DNA of 64,000 bases from Marsupella aquatica. Lineage: Eukaryota; Plantae; Marchantiophyta. A program made the translations under genes and the position numbers. Of the stretch, positions 37,701-52,700 are shown piece by piece (position 1 is the stretch's first letter; each line of letters begins with the position of its first letter). The stretch covers positions 16,358,357-16,422,356 of the forward strand of contig OZ316892.1 in NCBI GenBank assembly GCA_973895155.1. Direction: 5' to 3'. Below the pieces are notes generated by a model that was not told the DNA's origin, did no database searches, and saw nothing but the letters and a program-made list of their open reading frames with translations.

Positions 37701-40700
37701 TCTTCAAGAAAGTAAATCATATGGATCACGGGAACTATGAAGGTATCATCTTAATAATTGTAATTGTGCTCGGGACATATTTCTGTGGGATCCTCGATAA
37801 CGGACAGGGCCATAGATGTGAATCAGAACTTTACCCTTCAGTTACACAGCGGAGGCAAGGGTTTTGAAAACCAATGTTTTGCTTCTTTGTAGATATTAGA
37901 AAGACTAGGATAACCCTTGGCACGAAGGCTCTCTTCAAAACACTGGCAGCTTGGCATTATGGGTAAGACTTGGCGCATTGTTGAGGTGCTGTATCGTAAT
38001 ACCCACGAGCTGTCTCCTGGTCAATGCTGAGAAGACCAGAATGTTCGACAGTGATGAGGGTGTTGCTAGAGATTGCCTCACCTCCTATCTTGTTTTATTG
38101 TCTTCATTGACCACGGGTCCGACCCACACGCAAGTCCTGCTCCACACACTATCCCCAAATCTCAGCTTCATAGAGAGTCAATGCCAGCACCACTCCCACA
38201 ACTGTTTTCCCTTAAGAGGGATTGACCCTGGCAGTTTCTGACTCATCAGCCCCATTCTCAGTGGAATGACTCATGCAGTTTGGCTACAGCTGCCTGAAAC
38301 ACCATACTTGCGCGTAACAATGCAGTTGAGAAAAAACTGCAGAGCCGGAAGGCCTAGCATCTTTCCGAGACAATTCTGCCCACGACATAAGATAATTTTT
38401 GGCCACTGGATCTCCTGGAGCCTTAGACGACATCGATCTGTGATAAGATGGCGGTTGTACATCCGTCCCCGGCTGTAGGTCTGGATAACCTTACCTCATT
38501 ACACTATCCCTAAAAGCTTGAATGTTAGCTGTAACTTTCACCAAGGCTGGGTGACTTGGTGGAACCTATAAATAACTCTTGACAATGTACTTGGCCACAG
38601 TCGTACGAAAGCAACGGTCAACTTACAGACAAGGCAGACAGCTAAACTAGATATCAAGTGACAAAATAACTTCGATTCCATTCCAAGGAAAACCATATTC
38701 GATTCCTCACCATAACCCAGATAACTCCCCCTAGAACACAAGCTTGATGGAGAGCCTAGAATACTTGCTTGTGCAGTCTGTACATTTGCGTTTGCGCTCT
38801 TCCAAACCCTTGAATTGGCAAGTTCCAAGAGATGGCCGTCTTCATCTTAATGAAATTCATACAACCCTATGTACCACATGATTGGGGAAAAGAAACATTG
38901 AGGGTACTACCTCCAATGAAACACTTGCTTGGGAAAGTTTGTTTGTATATTGCTTAAATTCACCAAGTAGCAAATCAACGTATCTGCACAATAAATTTCA
39001 AGATCTCAAGATCTGGTGTTCACCTTGACCGCTCACATCAACACATGTCGTTGCATCCATAACAACGATGACAATCATTAAAAAATTAAAATGAAAAGAA
39101 CATCATTACGAGCGTTTCTCTGGTCCAACAAAAATTTAAGCAAGAGTACAGCATAATCTTTGGGAAGAAGAAACTTCCTTGCAACGAATAAATGAACGTA
39201 AATCCACGTGGACCATAGAAGATCAACGAATAAAAAGTTCAGATGTTTACCCATTATGTTCAACGCCTAATTCTTTCAATTCCCATCTTGCATTTGCAAT
39301 GCGATCTATGTACCTGCAACAAGTGAAATCTAGGTAAGTGCATAGGCCCCGTTATACAGTAGCACTGAATCCCTAACCGGAAATTGATTTGAAGATTGCT
39401 GTGATATTGTAATAATTCAACATCATGTGAGAACATGTTTGTGGTGCACTGAGCAGGAGAATCTAACCTGTACATTATGGCTCTTTTACACCACTAATTC
39501 AAGCTAACACAAATGACCACCCGTTAAATCCCTGCCACCCGTTAAATCACTAGGCCTGACTGTTTGAGACTGCCTGACACCAAGTTTGAATCTGCATTTG
39601 TAGACTGTCTACCAAGTGTACACTCTTGGTTTTTCCAAGTCTCCCTGAAGCTTATCAGAACAATTCCGTATAGTTTCACAGAGTTTTGATACTTGTACAG
39701 TAATATTGGCATAGAGGAGGGTCTGAATGAATACATTAATGATTCTTATAGTCTTAGTCATTACATATGCACATGGGACAGAAACAGCTATGCAGCAGTA
39801 GCCAAGAAAAAGCCACTTAACAGTTTACCAGTTGGAGTTTACAGCTTCTTCCTGTGTAGTGCTTAGACTCTGAAACAAGCGTATAATACCAAGTCTAGAA
39901 TACTTGGCGACTGTTGGCTAGGAAGTGAGCTATTATAACAGTGAGGCAGGTGACCGGTCCAAGATAGAGGGAGAAAATAAGAAAGCGTTTTCCGTAAGTG
40001 AAGCGAGCTATATTCAATATCTGCTTCTGCTAGGCTGTAGTACTGAAAAACCCATTCTACTGAGTGACGAAGCAGGTAGAGGCTTAGTCTGTGCGATCGT
40101 GTAAGAGTAGCGAGCAATCCTCTATCTTTGAAGGGTCAAAAAAGTGATGGTGTGGTTTTAGCGGTTGTACAGATATCAGCTTTATGAGTTCAATTTACCT
40201 CTTGAGACATTCTTCAAAGAGATGAGATATAAGCTTCTATTGCAGGATGAGGTTGCCCAGATGATGACAGCTTCTGGATTTGGCTGATGAACAGAAGCAG
40301 TTTCTACATGCCACGGATCTCCAGTAGCTTCCCCGGATTCATCTAGCCTGATAATCCTGGTTGGTAGCAGGCTCCCAACAAAAATTTCTGTCCACTTTCT
40401 CTTAGATCACTGCAAATGATTACTTACTATGCAGGGACTACATTGGCCCCAACAACTGTTTCCCAGAAGAGACTTGCATATCATACCTGTGTGCTGTAAC
40501 AAGCTTTCCAACTTCACACTTATGTTCCCTGATAGACATAATCCCAAGCAATTTCTAAGAGTGTCATTTCATATGGTGTGCTTTTTCTGCTGTGTCATAT
40601 CTACTTGATCTTTGCTTTCAACGTTCACCTTCATGCCGGACTGTTTACAGAAATACCTAGCCGTTCAGCAGTCCAAGAGATCGGGCAGGATGCCATCTGC

Positions 40701-43700
40701 ATGAAGAAGCATACTAGTGTAGCTAGAAAGATGGGCGAGTCTCCTCCCACAAGAAGTTCCCAATACTACTGACGACAGCAAGCAGCCTTGGTTACGAGAG
40801 AATGTCCCTCGAGAGACCTTCATCTGAGTAGACTCTTGCACGGACTTTGGTTGCACTTTGTAGGAAAGTCCCATCTACCAAACTGTTTCCAAATTTGGGT
40901 GTCCTGGGCTCTGTCCTTCCAGTATTCTCAGGGTGACCAAGTGGTAAGCTGGAGTGTAATGTTTCCGCAAAACGACTTGGCCAGATGATTGCTGATGTTC
41001 TAAGTTCCGTGTCAGGAACACATTCATTTCATTGTACCAGCTAAGGATTGAAATGGAGTAGGTAGTGCACCATGTCCTCTTGAAGGCGCCACACACCCAA
41101 CAAAAAGCCTAGTACATCTCACCACCGTCCTGATTAAAAAATACTTGTCGACAACTATGCTTCAAAAACTTCTTTTCTGGTTTGAGAGAATCGATCCCGA
41201 TCTGAATTTAAATTCAAACCGTGTATCCAGGGTTCCACCCATGGACACTCTCCTAGGAATCCAATGCTTCCAGAAACATGGATAAGAAGCCGAGGTCTGT
41301 CACTTGAGTGGCCTCAAGTTCACTAGCTAGATTTTTGGCGTAGTTAAGAGAACTGGTAATTGGACCTAAGTAAATCTTTCTGTCTTTCTAAAAACTCTCA
41401 GCCAATATACAAGTTGACCTATTATCGCATGAAATGATGTGTGCCAAGTCCTAGCTTGCCTGCCACTACGAGTTTGTTCCAGTATACATCCAACCACGTT
41501 TTTGGCCATCTCTTTGCTTAATCTACTATTTGCTTAAACACAATAGCCATGGCAAAAGATTTGGAAGGGAAGAGAACAGCTACAAAAGAGATACAGCATC
41601 CAGACAAAGGTTATGAACTGACAGAAGTGATCAGAACTGTCAAATATTTTGATTGATTTGCAGTACAAACAGACTGACAAGAAATCAATTCTCAGTTAGT
41701 CCCCGAAAGATTTTCTACAAATGGGAAGCTGACTAAATAGGCAGTAAAACAAGCTGCGAGTAACGTACTGCATGCCCCAATTATAAACGCAGTAATGCCA
41801 TGGCGCAGGACAGGGAAAATGTCTCCATCGAAGCAATCTATCCAAGTGCAATCTCTCTACACGGGAACTGCTTGGCAAAGATAACAAGTAAAACCTCTAT
41901 GAACGAGGCTATGCCTATTCGAGCAGAATATGGCTAGGAACAGCGTGTCGAAAACATCGTAGATTGCATCTATCCGAAAGAAACGTACAAGTTACGTTCC
42001 ATATCAATTGTCCACCATCAATATCTTTTAAAGAACAAAGGGTGACAAGTACTAGTCCAGCTGAAATTACCCTAGAATGAAGACCTGGAGGTTCTCACTT
42101 ATAATATGCATTTCACAGTAATCGCGATAGGTAAGACGTGAAACCTGCTCAGTCACGTAGCATTTTTAGAAGAAACAAATGGAATTGAATTGATTAAGGA
42201 AAACCACACCTCCCTCAAGTGCGATACAGGGGAAGCGTTGATGGAATACAGAGCAGTAAACGCTGTAGATGCTACGAGAAAATCGTAAGGTGCAAGGTCA
42301 TTCTTCAGAACAGCCACAGTAGATTAGACCAAACTTCTTGTAAACTCAACTTCCAATTGCAGAGTTTTGTACAGGCTCCACCGGAGATATTGTAGATGGT
42401 ACATGAAAGACATATTGGTTGCTGTTCTCATGAAATGGTAGACGACGAGCAGTACGTCTTGTTCACCTGAAGCAAACCTTTCTAAGACACTATGCCTATA
42501 ACAAATTTTCTTCACTCAGATCAAAATATCAGTCGTTAACTTCCTTGCGAATGACGACAAAGCCTTTGTACCCAAGTCCAATAAGACGGAGCAGAATTCG
42601 AGAGGTCTTGTAGTCCATGAAGGTGTTACCCTCGCAAGTTTTCTTTGCTTGTTTTCATGTTTCTAATTCTTACTTGTAACTAGTCCTAAATAAGCGTAGC
42701 ATTATTTGGTACTGACCACGCAGTACTAATGAACAGCCTCAGTAACCACCTAGCCTCTTTACGGCGTATTCGATACTTGCGTGCACCTCATCAACAACCC
42801 CACAAAACGATCCACTGGCCTAAAGCAGCTTTCTACCTATCTTTAGAACAAACCAAAACTTCCCGCTTAAAAGGGCCAGATCTAGTTGAATGAACAAGTG
42901 CCTAGTACGAATTAAGGTGAAAAACATTCTTTGTGAAAGACTGCTCTGGTAAACGTGCAGAGATAATGGCTAGCTCAGATGTAGATATAAATACATAGTA
43001 AGGTGATACTTAAGTTGTCTGGCCACAAGGAGATCAAAATTCTCACGGACCAAGACATTAGCTTTGTTGCGAAATGAACATTTGGAATAAGGAGATGGAC
43101 ATACCCGCCAAGATTCAATATAAGCCTTGCTGCAACCTTGTATATATGTACTCGCAAGTCGGGAACTAGCCCCACCTATTAGAAAAATATGTGTCAACTG
43201 ACGTGGAGTAATGGGGGTATAATGAGTAAAAAAATTCTAAAATTGGTCAAGCCAATTAGACAAGAAAGCTAGACTCTCAACCCCTCGAGATACATTGTTA
43301 ATAAGCCATACACTTGCTAGAAAACGGACAACGTCCATGAAAGGAGAAAACAGAAACACCGCACCGTTTCATGTACAAATTGCTCCATGTATGCTAAAGT
43401 GTCTTGTGGAAGCACTGTCTTCAAATCAGAATACGAATTCTGGAGTATTTGTGACAAGCAGTGCAACGACTCTACAGCAACAGCACGCTCCTGTAGGAAA
43501 AATCATAGAACGAGATACAGTTTGTGAATTCCACGCAGCAAAATTCTGAATCCGCCTAAACAGCAGGCTCTTAGATGAAACAAGTATCCTCTGCAAGAAA
43601 CACCATTTCATAGTTGAAACCTTCCTATATTCAAGTGGACAGTTAAATCTTAAAAGTCAACAGTTGAATATCCGGTTGGATCAATCACATTGATCCAGGC

Positions 43701-46700
43701 GAGCCTACCTTAAGGGCAAAAAGGTTGCTGGGCACCACTGGAAACACGGTAACCCCAGGAGCAGCTGATGCCTCTACGGGCAAACTGCTGTTACCAGAAG
43801 AGCTGGGTGGCCCAGTTGATGAGATTCTCTTGGGTGATGAAGGAAGCTGGACACGCTGTTCTTCCAAGCCTTGTGAAATCCTTACAAGCGCGGATCTCAG
43901 AGGAGTTGAAAGGAAATCTCGATTTCCAAAAACCTTGAAAACTGTGAAAAAATATAACTCAAATAGCTGACACAAACCCTGCATATGATATTTAATGTGC
44001 TCGTTAGAATAACAGGCTTTCCGTAACCGATACACAAAAAACTTAACCCTCCCAAAGTCACATGTTTTCAATCAATTAAATAACAGGATGATATGAAACG
44101 AGATATACCCTGAATACCTCCGACACAATGGGCTGCAAAATTTGCATCAGCTTGATGTATTTCTCCATGTACCTGACCATGCCCACCGTTTCTTTATAAA
44201 TAGAAATTTAAGGAGGTCACAATTACACGAGTAGTCGCTTCTTGTTAGACGCAAATATTTCCAAGCTGCAGAATTACTTTGAAAGGATGAGGTCGGCATG
44301 ACGTCTGGGCTGCCTTTGACTTCTAGTGAGCTCGGGTTAGTACGACATAGACTTTTTCTGGATAAGATACACGGTAAATATGTGTTGGCATGTGGACGCA
44401 CAATGCAGTGTCCAGAAGTGGTAGGTACTTAGTGTTTCTATTAACAGCCCTCTATTGACGTGATTACATAAATTTCAGTATGATTCCAGTGAAGGGAATG
44501 AGATTTGAAATCTGTCAATGCGGAAAGACAACTCTACCCATTAATCTCTTCAATTCCCCGCCCCTGTTCACTTGCTGCGTTTGAGAGAAAGGGCTACAAT
44601 GACCCCAGCCAGACGAGACCTAACGATCACTTTTCACCTACTCGTCACTCCAGAGGTATCACATTGTTCTGCAGGATCGCTATTGACAGCTTTACAAAAC
44701 TAGCGAGGTGATCCTGAAATGTCAAGCATGCATATGACGATCACATGTTCACTCCTAAGCCAAACTAGCAAAGAGAGGAAGGGAATTTGCCATCAAACTT
44801 TTCCCTACTTTATTTCTGATGTCTGTTCAGGCCGTTTGGCGAGATGGACTCTGGTAGAAACCTTGGCAGTTAGACATGCAAAGCATATGCCAAGCTATTC
44901 AGTTCGTGTATCACTACTCAGAACTTTCTTCTCGTCACTGGTCAGAAACTTTGATAACCATGGTGTTCAGGGATGCCTGATGTCTCCTGCCTTGGAAGAT
45001 TTGGTAATAAGTGGCCTTGGTATTAAAGTTGGGAACACCAGCGTCCTAACCAATGTTCACATATCATTGTTGTGCGGTTGGGGAAATTGTAGAGAAGCAC
45101 AGGAAATTCTTGAGCTTATGAAAATCTCAGATAATTGGTGGAACGTGGCAGGTCATGTAATGAAACGTTGTATGACAGTGTTCAATGCTAGACCTCATGA
45201 TAGGGAGGACGCACATCCTGAAATACAAGTGGTTATCTTGCTATAGCTTTCCAGTATTATATTTCTAATGGGTTTCGCATAAGGTGAGTATATTTTTCAA
45301 ACTATTCACATAGGGATACCAAAGTGCAGATCCCCCCCCATTAGACAAGCTCTTCCATATTGGCGATTCATAATCCTTTAAACCACAACTGCCTGTATTT
45401 CAACTACAGGTCACCCACAGCTCTCATCGTACATGCCGTACAATCACGTACAAGGAGTGTTTTCGGGCAATTTTGGTCATTTTGAAGAATTTTCGGCCCT
45501 CATTGTCATAGAGGATAAACGTAGATCTACGACGAGCAAATAGCGAACTCCAGATCTAGTTATAATTCGTGGAAATTTTGCAAGAAGAATCCCTACGTTT
45601 TCAACAGCTGAAAATGTAGGACATGGAGCAGAGAGGGAGGAGTTCACTTGGGTCTGGGCATGCAGCAGAGAGGGAGGGCACTTTGCACTTGGGCAGGAGT
45701 GAACAGTGACCTGGCAGGGCTGGGGCCCTTTCGTCCCGGCAGCTGAGGTTTGAAGGCAGTCCTTGCCACATAGAAGAGGCAAGCCCTGGTATTTTGGATG
45801 ATGGAGCATTTTGCCGCCGCAGGCTCCAAGCAAGGACTTGTCTTGAAAGCTATGCAGCGGAAGTGATGACCTGGCCTCACCAAATGGGATTGATTTGATA
45901 CCGCAGATAACTTGTCAGGATTCGTTGGAAGAGACGTGCAAATCAGCCCGATTCCAATTCGAAACCATATGATCCAAAAGAATTTTCCTTACCTTAACAA
46001 GTTCACTGCCGAAGTGGTCAGTATCAAGGACGACTCATATGATTGTCCAACCTTCGCATTGTTCTGCATGTGTTCAAACTCCAGGCGGCCTGGCAGCTGA
46101 CTATCCTCATCAATAAAGTCAGCCAGGAGATCGTCGTCTTCGCATTCTTCATCTCCAGCTCTTACATCCTGAGGAAACCCTTGCTGATAGTTGCCCATCC
46201 CTGACGTCACTTTGCCATTTGTTTCTGCAATATCTGAGCCTACACTTACTATTTTTCTATCAATAAATGGATTGCCTTTCTTCAGCCAGTCGTCAAAATT
46301 TGCCCTAGAGGAAATTTTTTCTCTTTTTGTCAACTGTAAATCCTCCGTTTCCTTCAGTTTTGAGCTCCCACCTGTACTACTTTCAAGACCATCGGATCGT
46401 CTAAGAACGGGTGTCTCATAAGAGAGGCTTGACAAGTGAAGGGTCTTCAATATTGGTGAAGAGAGTTGCTGCCAGACTTCCTTTCCTAAGATAACCCGAA
46501 GCACCTGTAACATGTTCTAGAACATATCAGGATTCTTTGCAAATTACAGTGCATCAAATTTATCCCCACTTGAATCAGAAATTAGGATTTTACGCTGTCT
46601 AAGCCCAATTAAGAAACATGGCCATTCTTCTCCCTCATTGAGAACATTCAGTAAGCACCCAAAAATCTTGTCCCTCATTAAGAACAACATGTACATAATA

Positions 46701-49700
46701 TATAAAGATCTCTGAAACAGACGACCTTATTCTATCGACAGTACAAATATACGCATCTTCATCGGTGAATCCGCAGTCAATCCTGAATATCCGGCACCGC
46801 CACACTTAAATATCTGTTTAATCGTTTAAACAGTCGCACTTTAGCCTTCAACAAAGCAGAGTATGCCATGATGAGGACTCCCTGTGTCTTGCAACAGATG
46901 CTATGACGCGTCCAGCTCAGACAAAATAAGCCCTTCAAGACAAAAGAATTTTCCTCACAACATCAAACAAGAAAAATGGGCTCACTTCAAGATTCTGTCG
47001 ATGAAAACTCCAGTAATATTTTTCGCTCTGTTTTACCAACTTTGCCCTTAATGTCATGGCCTCCACTCCACAGAATGCTTCCCCTGCCAGTATGAACTTC
47101 GTTACCCAATCCAGACTTTGCAGAAACTGGTGAGGACTAGTTGTACAAAGTGCCTCACAAGAAAGCAACACCGCAACACGTCGCGCACAGAGTTCCCATA
47201 CAGTTTTTCGACCCCTTTCCAATGCTCTTGAAATCCTTAGCGTTGCATCCCTGACTCGTGCTGACGACCCTTCCTGAAGATCTTCGCTTCCACTTCTGCC
47301 TTCACCCACTGCATACGCTTCTCCATTGCTGTAAGCCGCATCATGTTTTGGAACCTTAAAAATAATCTGATTTCTAGCAGTAATGACTCCCTGCACCAAT
47401 GAGTTGGCAATTTTATTGAATAAGTACAAAGAACGTGCACCGCACCCTTATCGCTTTTCAAATGTCTAATAATTTGGGCAGACTACTAATATTGAGTACA
47501 TATCTTTTATATTTTGAGATTCTAAAACAGTCGTAGTCCCTTTCATCCAGAACGCCGGGTGTCCCTCTCCTCGCAAGGCTAAAGGGGGGACACTTCCTAA
47601 GGGGTACATGTATATTTTTTAAAGTAAAACACTTCAAGAAAGAACGGTAACATTGAAGGCTTTGGAAACGTATCGCTGCTCTGAACTCCCACAAGAAGCC
47701 TTCACCTCTACAACTTTCATAGGACAGGTATCCATCCCGCAACCCTCTATATACTACAGTCGAACCTTCCATAACAAGACGAGTTTCCAACCTCCCACGT
47801 CTCAAAAACATCTAACGACAAAGTAGTACTTCCTTACCAGCACTGGCTTCCAAGTCATCATATTATAGTAGGAAGATAATAAGTCAAACAACACCTCCAA
47901 AGATCTATGCAAGCATTCCTTGAACTTTGCTTCAGATAGCTGCGCGCACAAGTCATTGTATGGAATTCTGCATTTTTCATGAATCTCACGCTGTCAGTCA
48001 AGTTGAGAAAGCACAGCTTGCCTAGGCATGCATTCAATCCGAGTGCCAGCAGTTATAAGTCAATTCACAATGCCTTTGAAGGCGGCACTGTTCAATCAAA
48101 AACCGGGAAACATATTTAGATCAACTGGACTTCATGTCAGCATTGGAGAAATTGCAACAAATCCGGAAAACAAATGCAAATCCTGTTGCTATTTACCTAT
48201 CCTAACATTTGTACAATTATGATAGAGACTACCGAGAATGATTATGTGCATCTCCCAAACTCTTGCTGAAAGAATACTGGATTCCTTCAGCGTTTTGTGC
48301 GTGACTTGTACTTAACTAATTCATTTCTTCTAAATATAGTTTACCAACCTGGTCTTCCGCAGGAGAATCTGTGGATCTTGGCCCTGAACACCAAGAGGAA
48401 GAATGTATGAGTGAAGCTGAGATACCCAAGTTGATGTTAACACAAAGAACTTAATTGCAATGAGTACGTGACGTCGAAGAATGTATGAGTGAGATGAGAT
48501 ACCCAGTTTGATATTGACACTCAGAAAACTTCATTCCAACGAGTACGTGACTTGGAGGATTAGAAACTAACTCAGCAAGTAGTATTTCCAGAGGAGTGGA
48601 ACAAAACATCCAGTTTCCAAGACAAACTGTGGTCTATCCTCTCAACAAGTTGTGGAGGGAAGGGTAAGAATATTCGACATCAAGCTACGCACCGGAAACA
48701 GTAGATTTTTTGCCACGGCATGCGTTTCAGACACGATAATCTGAGCATAAAATGTTTGAGCTTTCTCAGCAAGGCCAGCAATATCGTCAAGTACGACATA
48801 TGCAAGAAGAACCTGCAACCATGAATTTTCAAAATTGTTCACGGATGCATCATCATAACCAAGTGTACCGCATCGACTTGCACAAATCCTGCTTGGATAC
48901 ATAAACTGTCTGAAAGATATGATTCCAGGGGATTAGAACGGGTGCTTTGAAGGCAAACCTCACTTCCTACTTACACTGCTATAGTTGTCTGGGTTGAATT
49001 TGTGGCAGACAGTGAATAGGATCTTATCGACACTCTCGATGGTCCTTTGTAGCCAGTCCTACGAATGGAAAAAAAACAAGTAAGAACTCAAATGCTCCGC
49101 TTATGCAGAGCGATAATCATACCTGCAAAGATTTGAATCTACTCACAAGGAGCGGCCTCTCAAATATGCCTTCAGTGAAAATTAAGCTACAGCGCCCCTG
49201 TCTTTCCTTGACAACAAACAATAATTTTCCTTGACTGTGACACCCCCAATGGCATTCAATATTCTACTTACTGGATTGTAGCTCCAACATATCTGTAACC
49301 CTAATACACAAGGGAAAGCCCTTTCTGAGGACTTCAACTCCCCAAACATTGATTACATGGACACCAGAATCGCATGCAAACCACGCTTATGGCCCTGAAA
49401 GATTCTTTAAAGAAAAACAAGTAGATGCAGATGCTGATCTTAGAGCCTTCACCATTCACAACCTCGTGAATTCAAGTACAAGAATAGTCATGTAAACAAC
49501 AAGTGAAGGAATGGAGTCAAAGCAGCAGCCCCGACCCTCTCTAACTGTCAAATAGGAGTCCCTACGGTGGCACTGCCCAATGACCAGCCAACTTGTAGAC
49601 ACCTCGGAAACTGTCCATGACACATTGCTTCAATACAATACACCAGAAAAAGATATTGCTGTCCAAATCTGGCAAGGCTCTTATGGATTTTCAGGCACCA

Positions 49701-52700
49701 AATATGATTCTAAGAACATATACAAGATACCTGGAAGGAGCACACAAAGAGACTCCCGGCAGGAGCCTTTGTGGCTACTCAATCAACTTGCCAGCATATG
49801 TCACAAGATTTACTCCTTTAAGACCAAGCACCGATGAGACCAAGAATGCTCCTTGACGGTTTTGCAAGTGATAATCTAGTACAATCCAACAGGCATTCCT
49901 AGAATGTGTGGACGGATGGACTGTTCTCTGGCTCGAGTTGCAGAGGGATTGCAAGTTTCATAAAATACACGAGCATTCTCATTTATCTGTATGTTATGGT
50001 CTATCAACAATTTCTTGTGCTTGAGGAGGTGCCTACATTTCAGTTAGTACCCAGTCATGTGACCTCCAAACTCTGAAATTTGTATTCATTACCCTCAGCA
50101 ACAGTATATGTCTGGGATGGATGTCACAAAACGTATTTAAAGCCTTGACTTGGAACGTCTCCAACATTGTATTTTCCTTGGTGTTTTCATACCCAACCCC
50201 TCTACGATAATCCAGTCGGGCCCCCAGATGTTACAAGACAGTCCATTGCTGCAAAACGCGGCCTCAACCTATGAAGATGAACAACCACACCAAAGACCTA
50301 GATACGGGCTCCTTCCCACTCTCGAGTTCATCGACAAGTTGAGCCGAACCGCCAGATTGGTGGGCTTCGAGTCTTTAACATCAGCAGTCATTTCCTGCTC
50401 GACTCATGATCTGTTATAACCTGCCTCTTTCAAGGCAGGCTTCAAACCTTGGCAAGGGCAGAGTCTTTTTTAATGAGCAAATTCTATGAACCTAGAGGCC
50501 GAAAACCTAATGCCCATTCCCTACTGCCCACTAATTCCCTTTGTCTTCACGATTTTTCACTCATCAAAGTTCTCATCGTTGACAATTTTGCTTTAAAATT
50601 GCTGCCCCGCTCTGCAGATCGTATCTGCAATTGACTCAAGGGCCGAGATTACTACCCATCGCCATTTACTCTAACAAGCTGCTCTGGACGCAGAGCAGCT
50701 TTTCCTGCAATTTTCTAAAACTGCTTTGATCCCTATCTTGTTACAATTCTGCTCGTCCCTAAGAGCATAACCGACTTATCATGAATTTCTTCGTCAACGC
50801 AGATGGCCCAGGAATTGCCAGATTGTAAAAGCAGAGGCTCCAGTACCACACACCTAGTTGTTCACTCAGCAACAACCTGCCCGAACTTTTAGTTCAGATC
50901 TGGATCGATTCCCTTAAATCATACAAGAAGTGACTAAATTTAGATGATGGCAGCTATGACATTGACCCGGGGTTGAGTACAGCTTCATCGAAGCTGATAG
51001 ATGGTTCGTGTAAGTCTTGTCGTGGGCACCCTAAACGATGTGGTGTACCAAATACTGCAAGGCGTATGACGATGTCCGAATGCAGTTACTGGAACAGATT
51101 GCAGAGGAGATGGCAAAGAAGGTTTTAGAACAGTTCAACTACCTGGAATGGAATGAGCCTCTTCGCAAACTGTCACCTCTAGAGTTCCCTAAGACCACTT
51201 TTCAAATTCTGCCAACAGTCCATGTAAAGGTGGTGTTGTTCTGTTGACGAGGCATATCTGGACAGAACATTTCTGGCGTTTCTAAGTTTACTCAGTGCAT
51301 GCCACAGCCAGAACTGGGCAATCCAGCAACTCTCGCCCATAAGACCTGCAATATATGAGTTCCATTGGGTCGCGATTGGATTGACACGATTGCAGGAACT
51401 CATGACCACAATGACTTTGACATTGTTAGGCTAGACTGTGCACTGCTTCCCTCAGGAGAAGAAGTTGTTTCATCACTGAAAATCTGGCCATGATTAGTGA
51501 TAACCACCACATCTTAACTTATGGCAAGCACTAGGTAGATATCCCTTGTATAATATTACACATAGCTTAAGGCAGATATCCCTTGTATAATATTACCTCA
51601 AGGCTGTGATTCACATCGATAATAGACTTCAAGTCTGAGCATTCTTCTAATAGCAGGGCCGACTCCGAGCACAACTGCAGTGCCTGCATAGATAAGAACA
51701 AATATTTCCTCATTGAAACCCTACAAGTATTCGATTAGAGTTCAGGCACCACTTGCACAAAGGATATGAGGGGTATATACGTAAGTGGACTTCTTTTGCT
51801 ATACAATCTAGAATCCAACACCTCGAAGTTCACATCATCATTCAGCAATGTATCCGGCAGCCCATGGAAGGTAGCAGAATTTAGACCTCCAGTGTTTCTT
51901 CCTATGACAACATCCTGCTCACATTAGATGATTATTCTCCAAGCTGCAAATCAAGAATCCCTATATAAGCTCCGACCCAGACCTGGATATAGTACTTGGT
52001 CTCTGAAAATCACATGATGTTGCCAGTTGGAGGTCCTTGCATCTCAGGTTCAATTATGAAAGTTTGAGAAAGGTTTGATCACACCTATCTCCTAGTTGAA
52101 TGGTACATCCTCAATGCCAAAGCTCCCAACAACGATATATGAAGCGTTTGATCAACCAACAGAGATGGTGCATTTGCGCAAACACTCACTAAGGCATAAT
52201 CTCCCCTCTCCACAGTGCTATTGAGGCGTGACTTCGTCTCTATCGCCAGCTGTATTCGCTCCAAAACAGGAAGTAGATTCTGGGAAAAGTCACAACAACA
52301 GAAAATCAATGGTTAGAATATAGGAAGGTGCTGCGAAACAGTTAATCTGGAAGCAAGATGTTCCATTACAATTGCGCAAGTTGGGGTGAGGTTATGGTCT
52401 CTGTTTGTAACCAACTAACAACTTTAACACTGAAGCAATTAGCATTTGTCACAACGTAGTACAATAATCGATTCACAAAAAGAGTACTGTTTCTGAAAAC
52501 TGGGGCTAAATCCATGCTCGTATTCTGAAACTGAATCAACTGTTCTACCCCTGTTCATTCTATTAATCACTTATTATTGAACATACAAACACAAAATACA
52601 TCAAAAGAACTCTGCTGAGCTTTGAGTACAAAGTATAGAAGCATCATACACTAATCACCCTACCCTGCTACTCTACATTGCAACATCATGAGCAAGCAAG

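Noticed and set aside
44719-45246. 175-aa plus-strand ORF inside a VPS50 intron (possible nested gene)
   Set aside because: No recognisable domain or gene signals; likely chance or TE decay.
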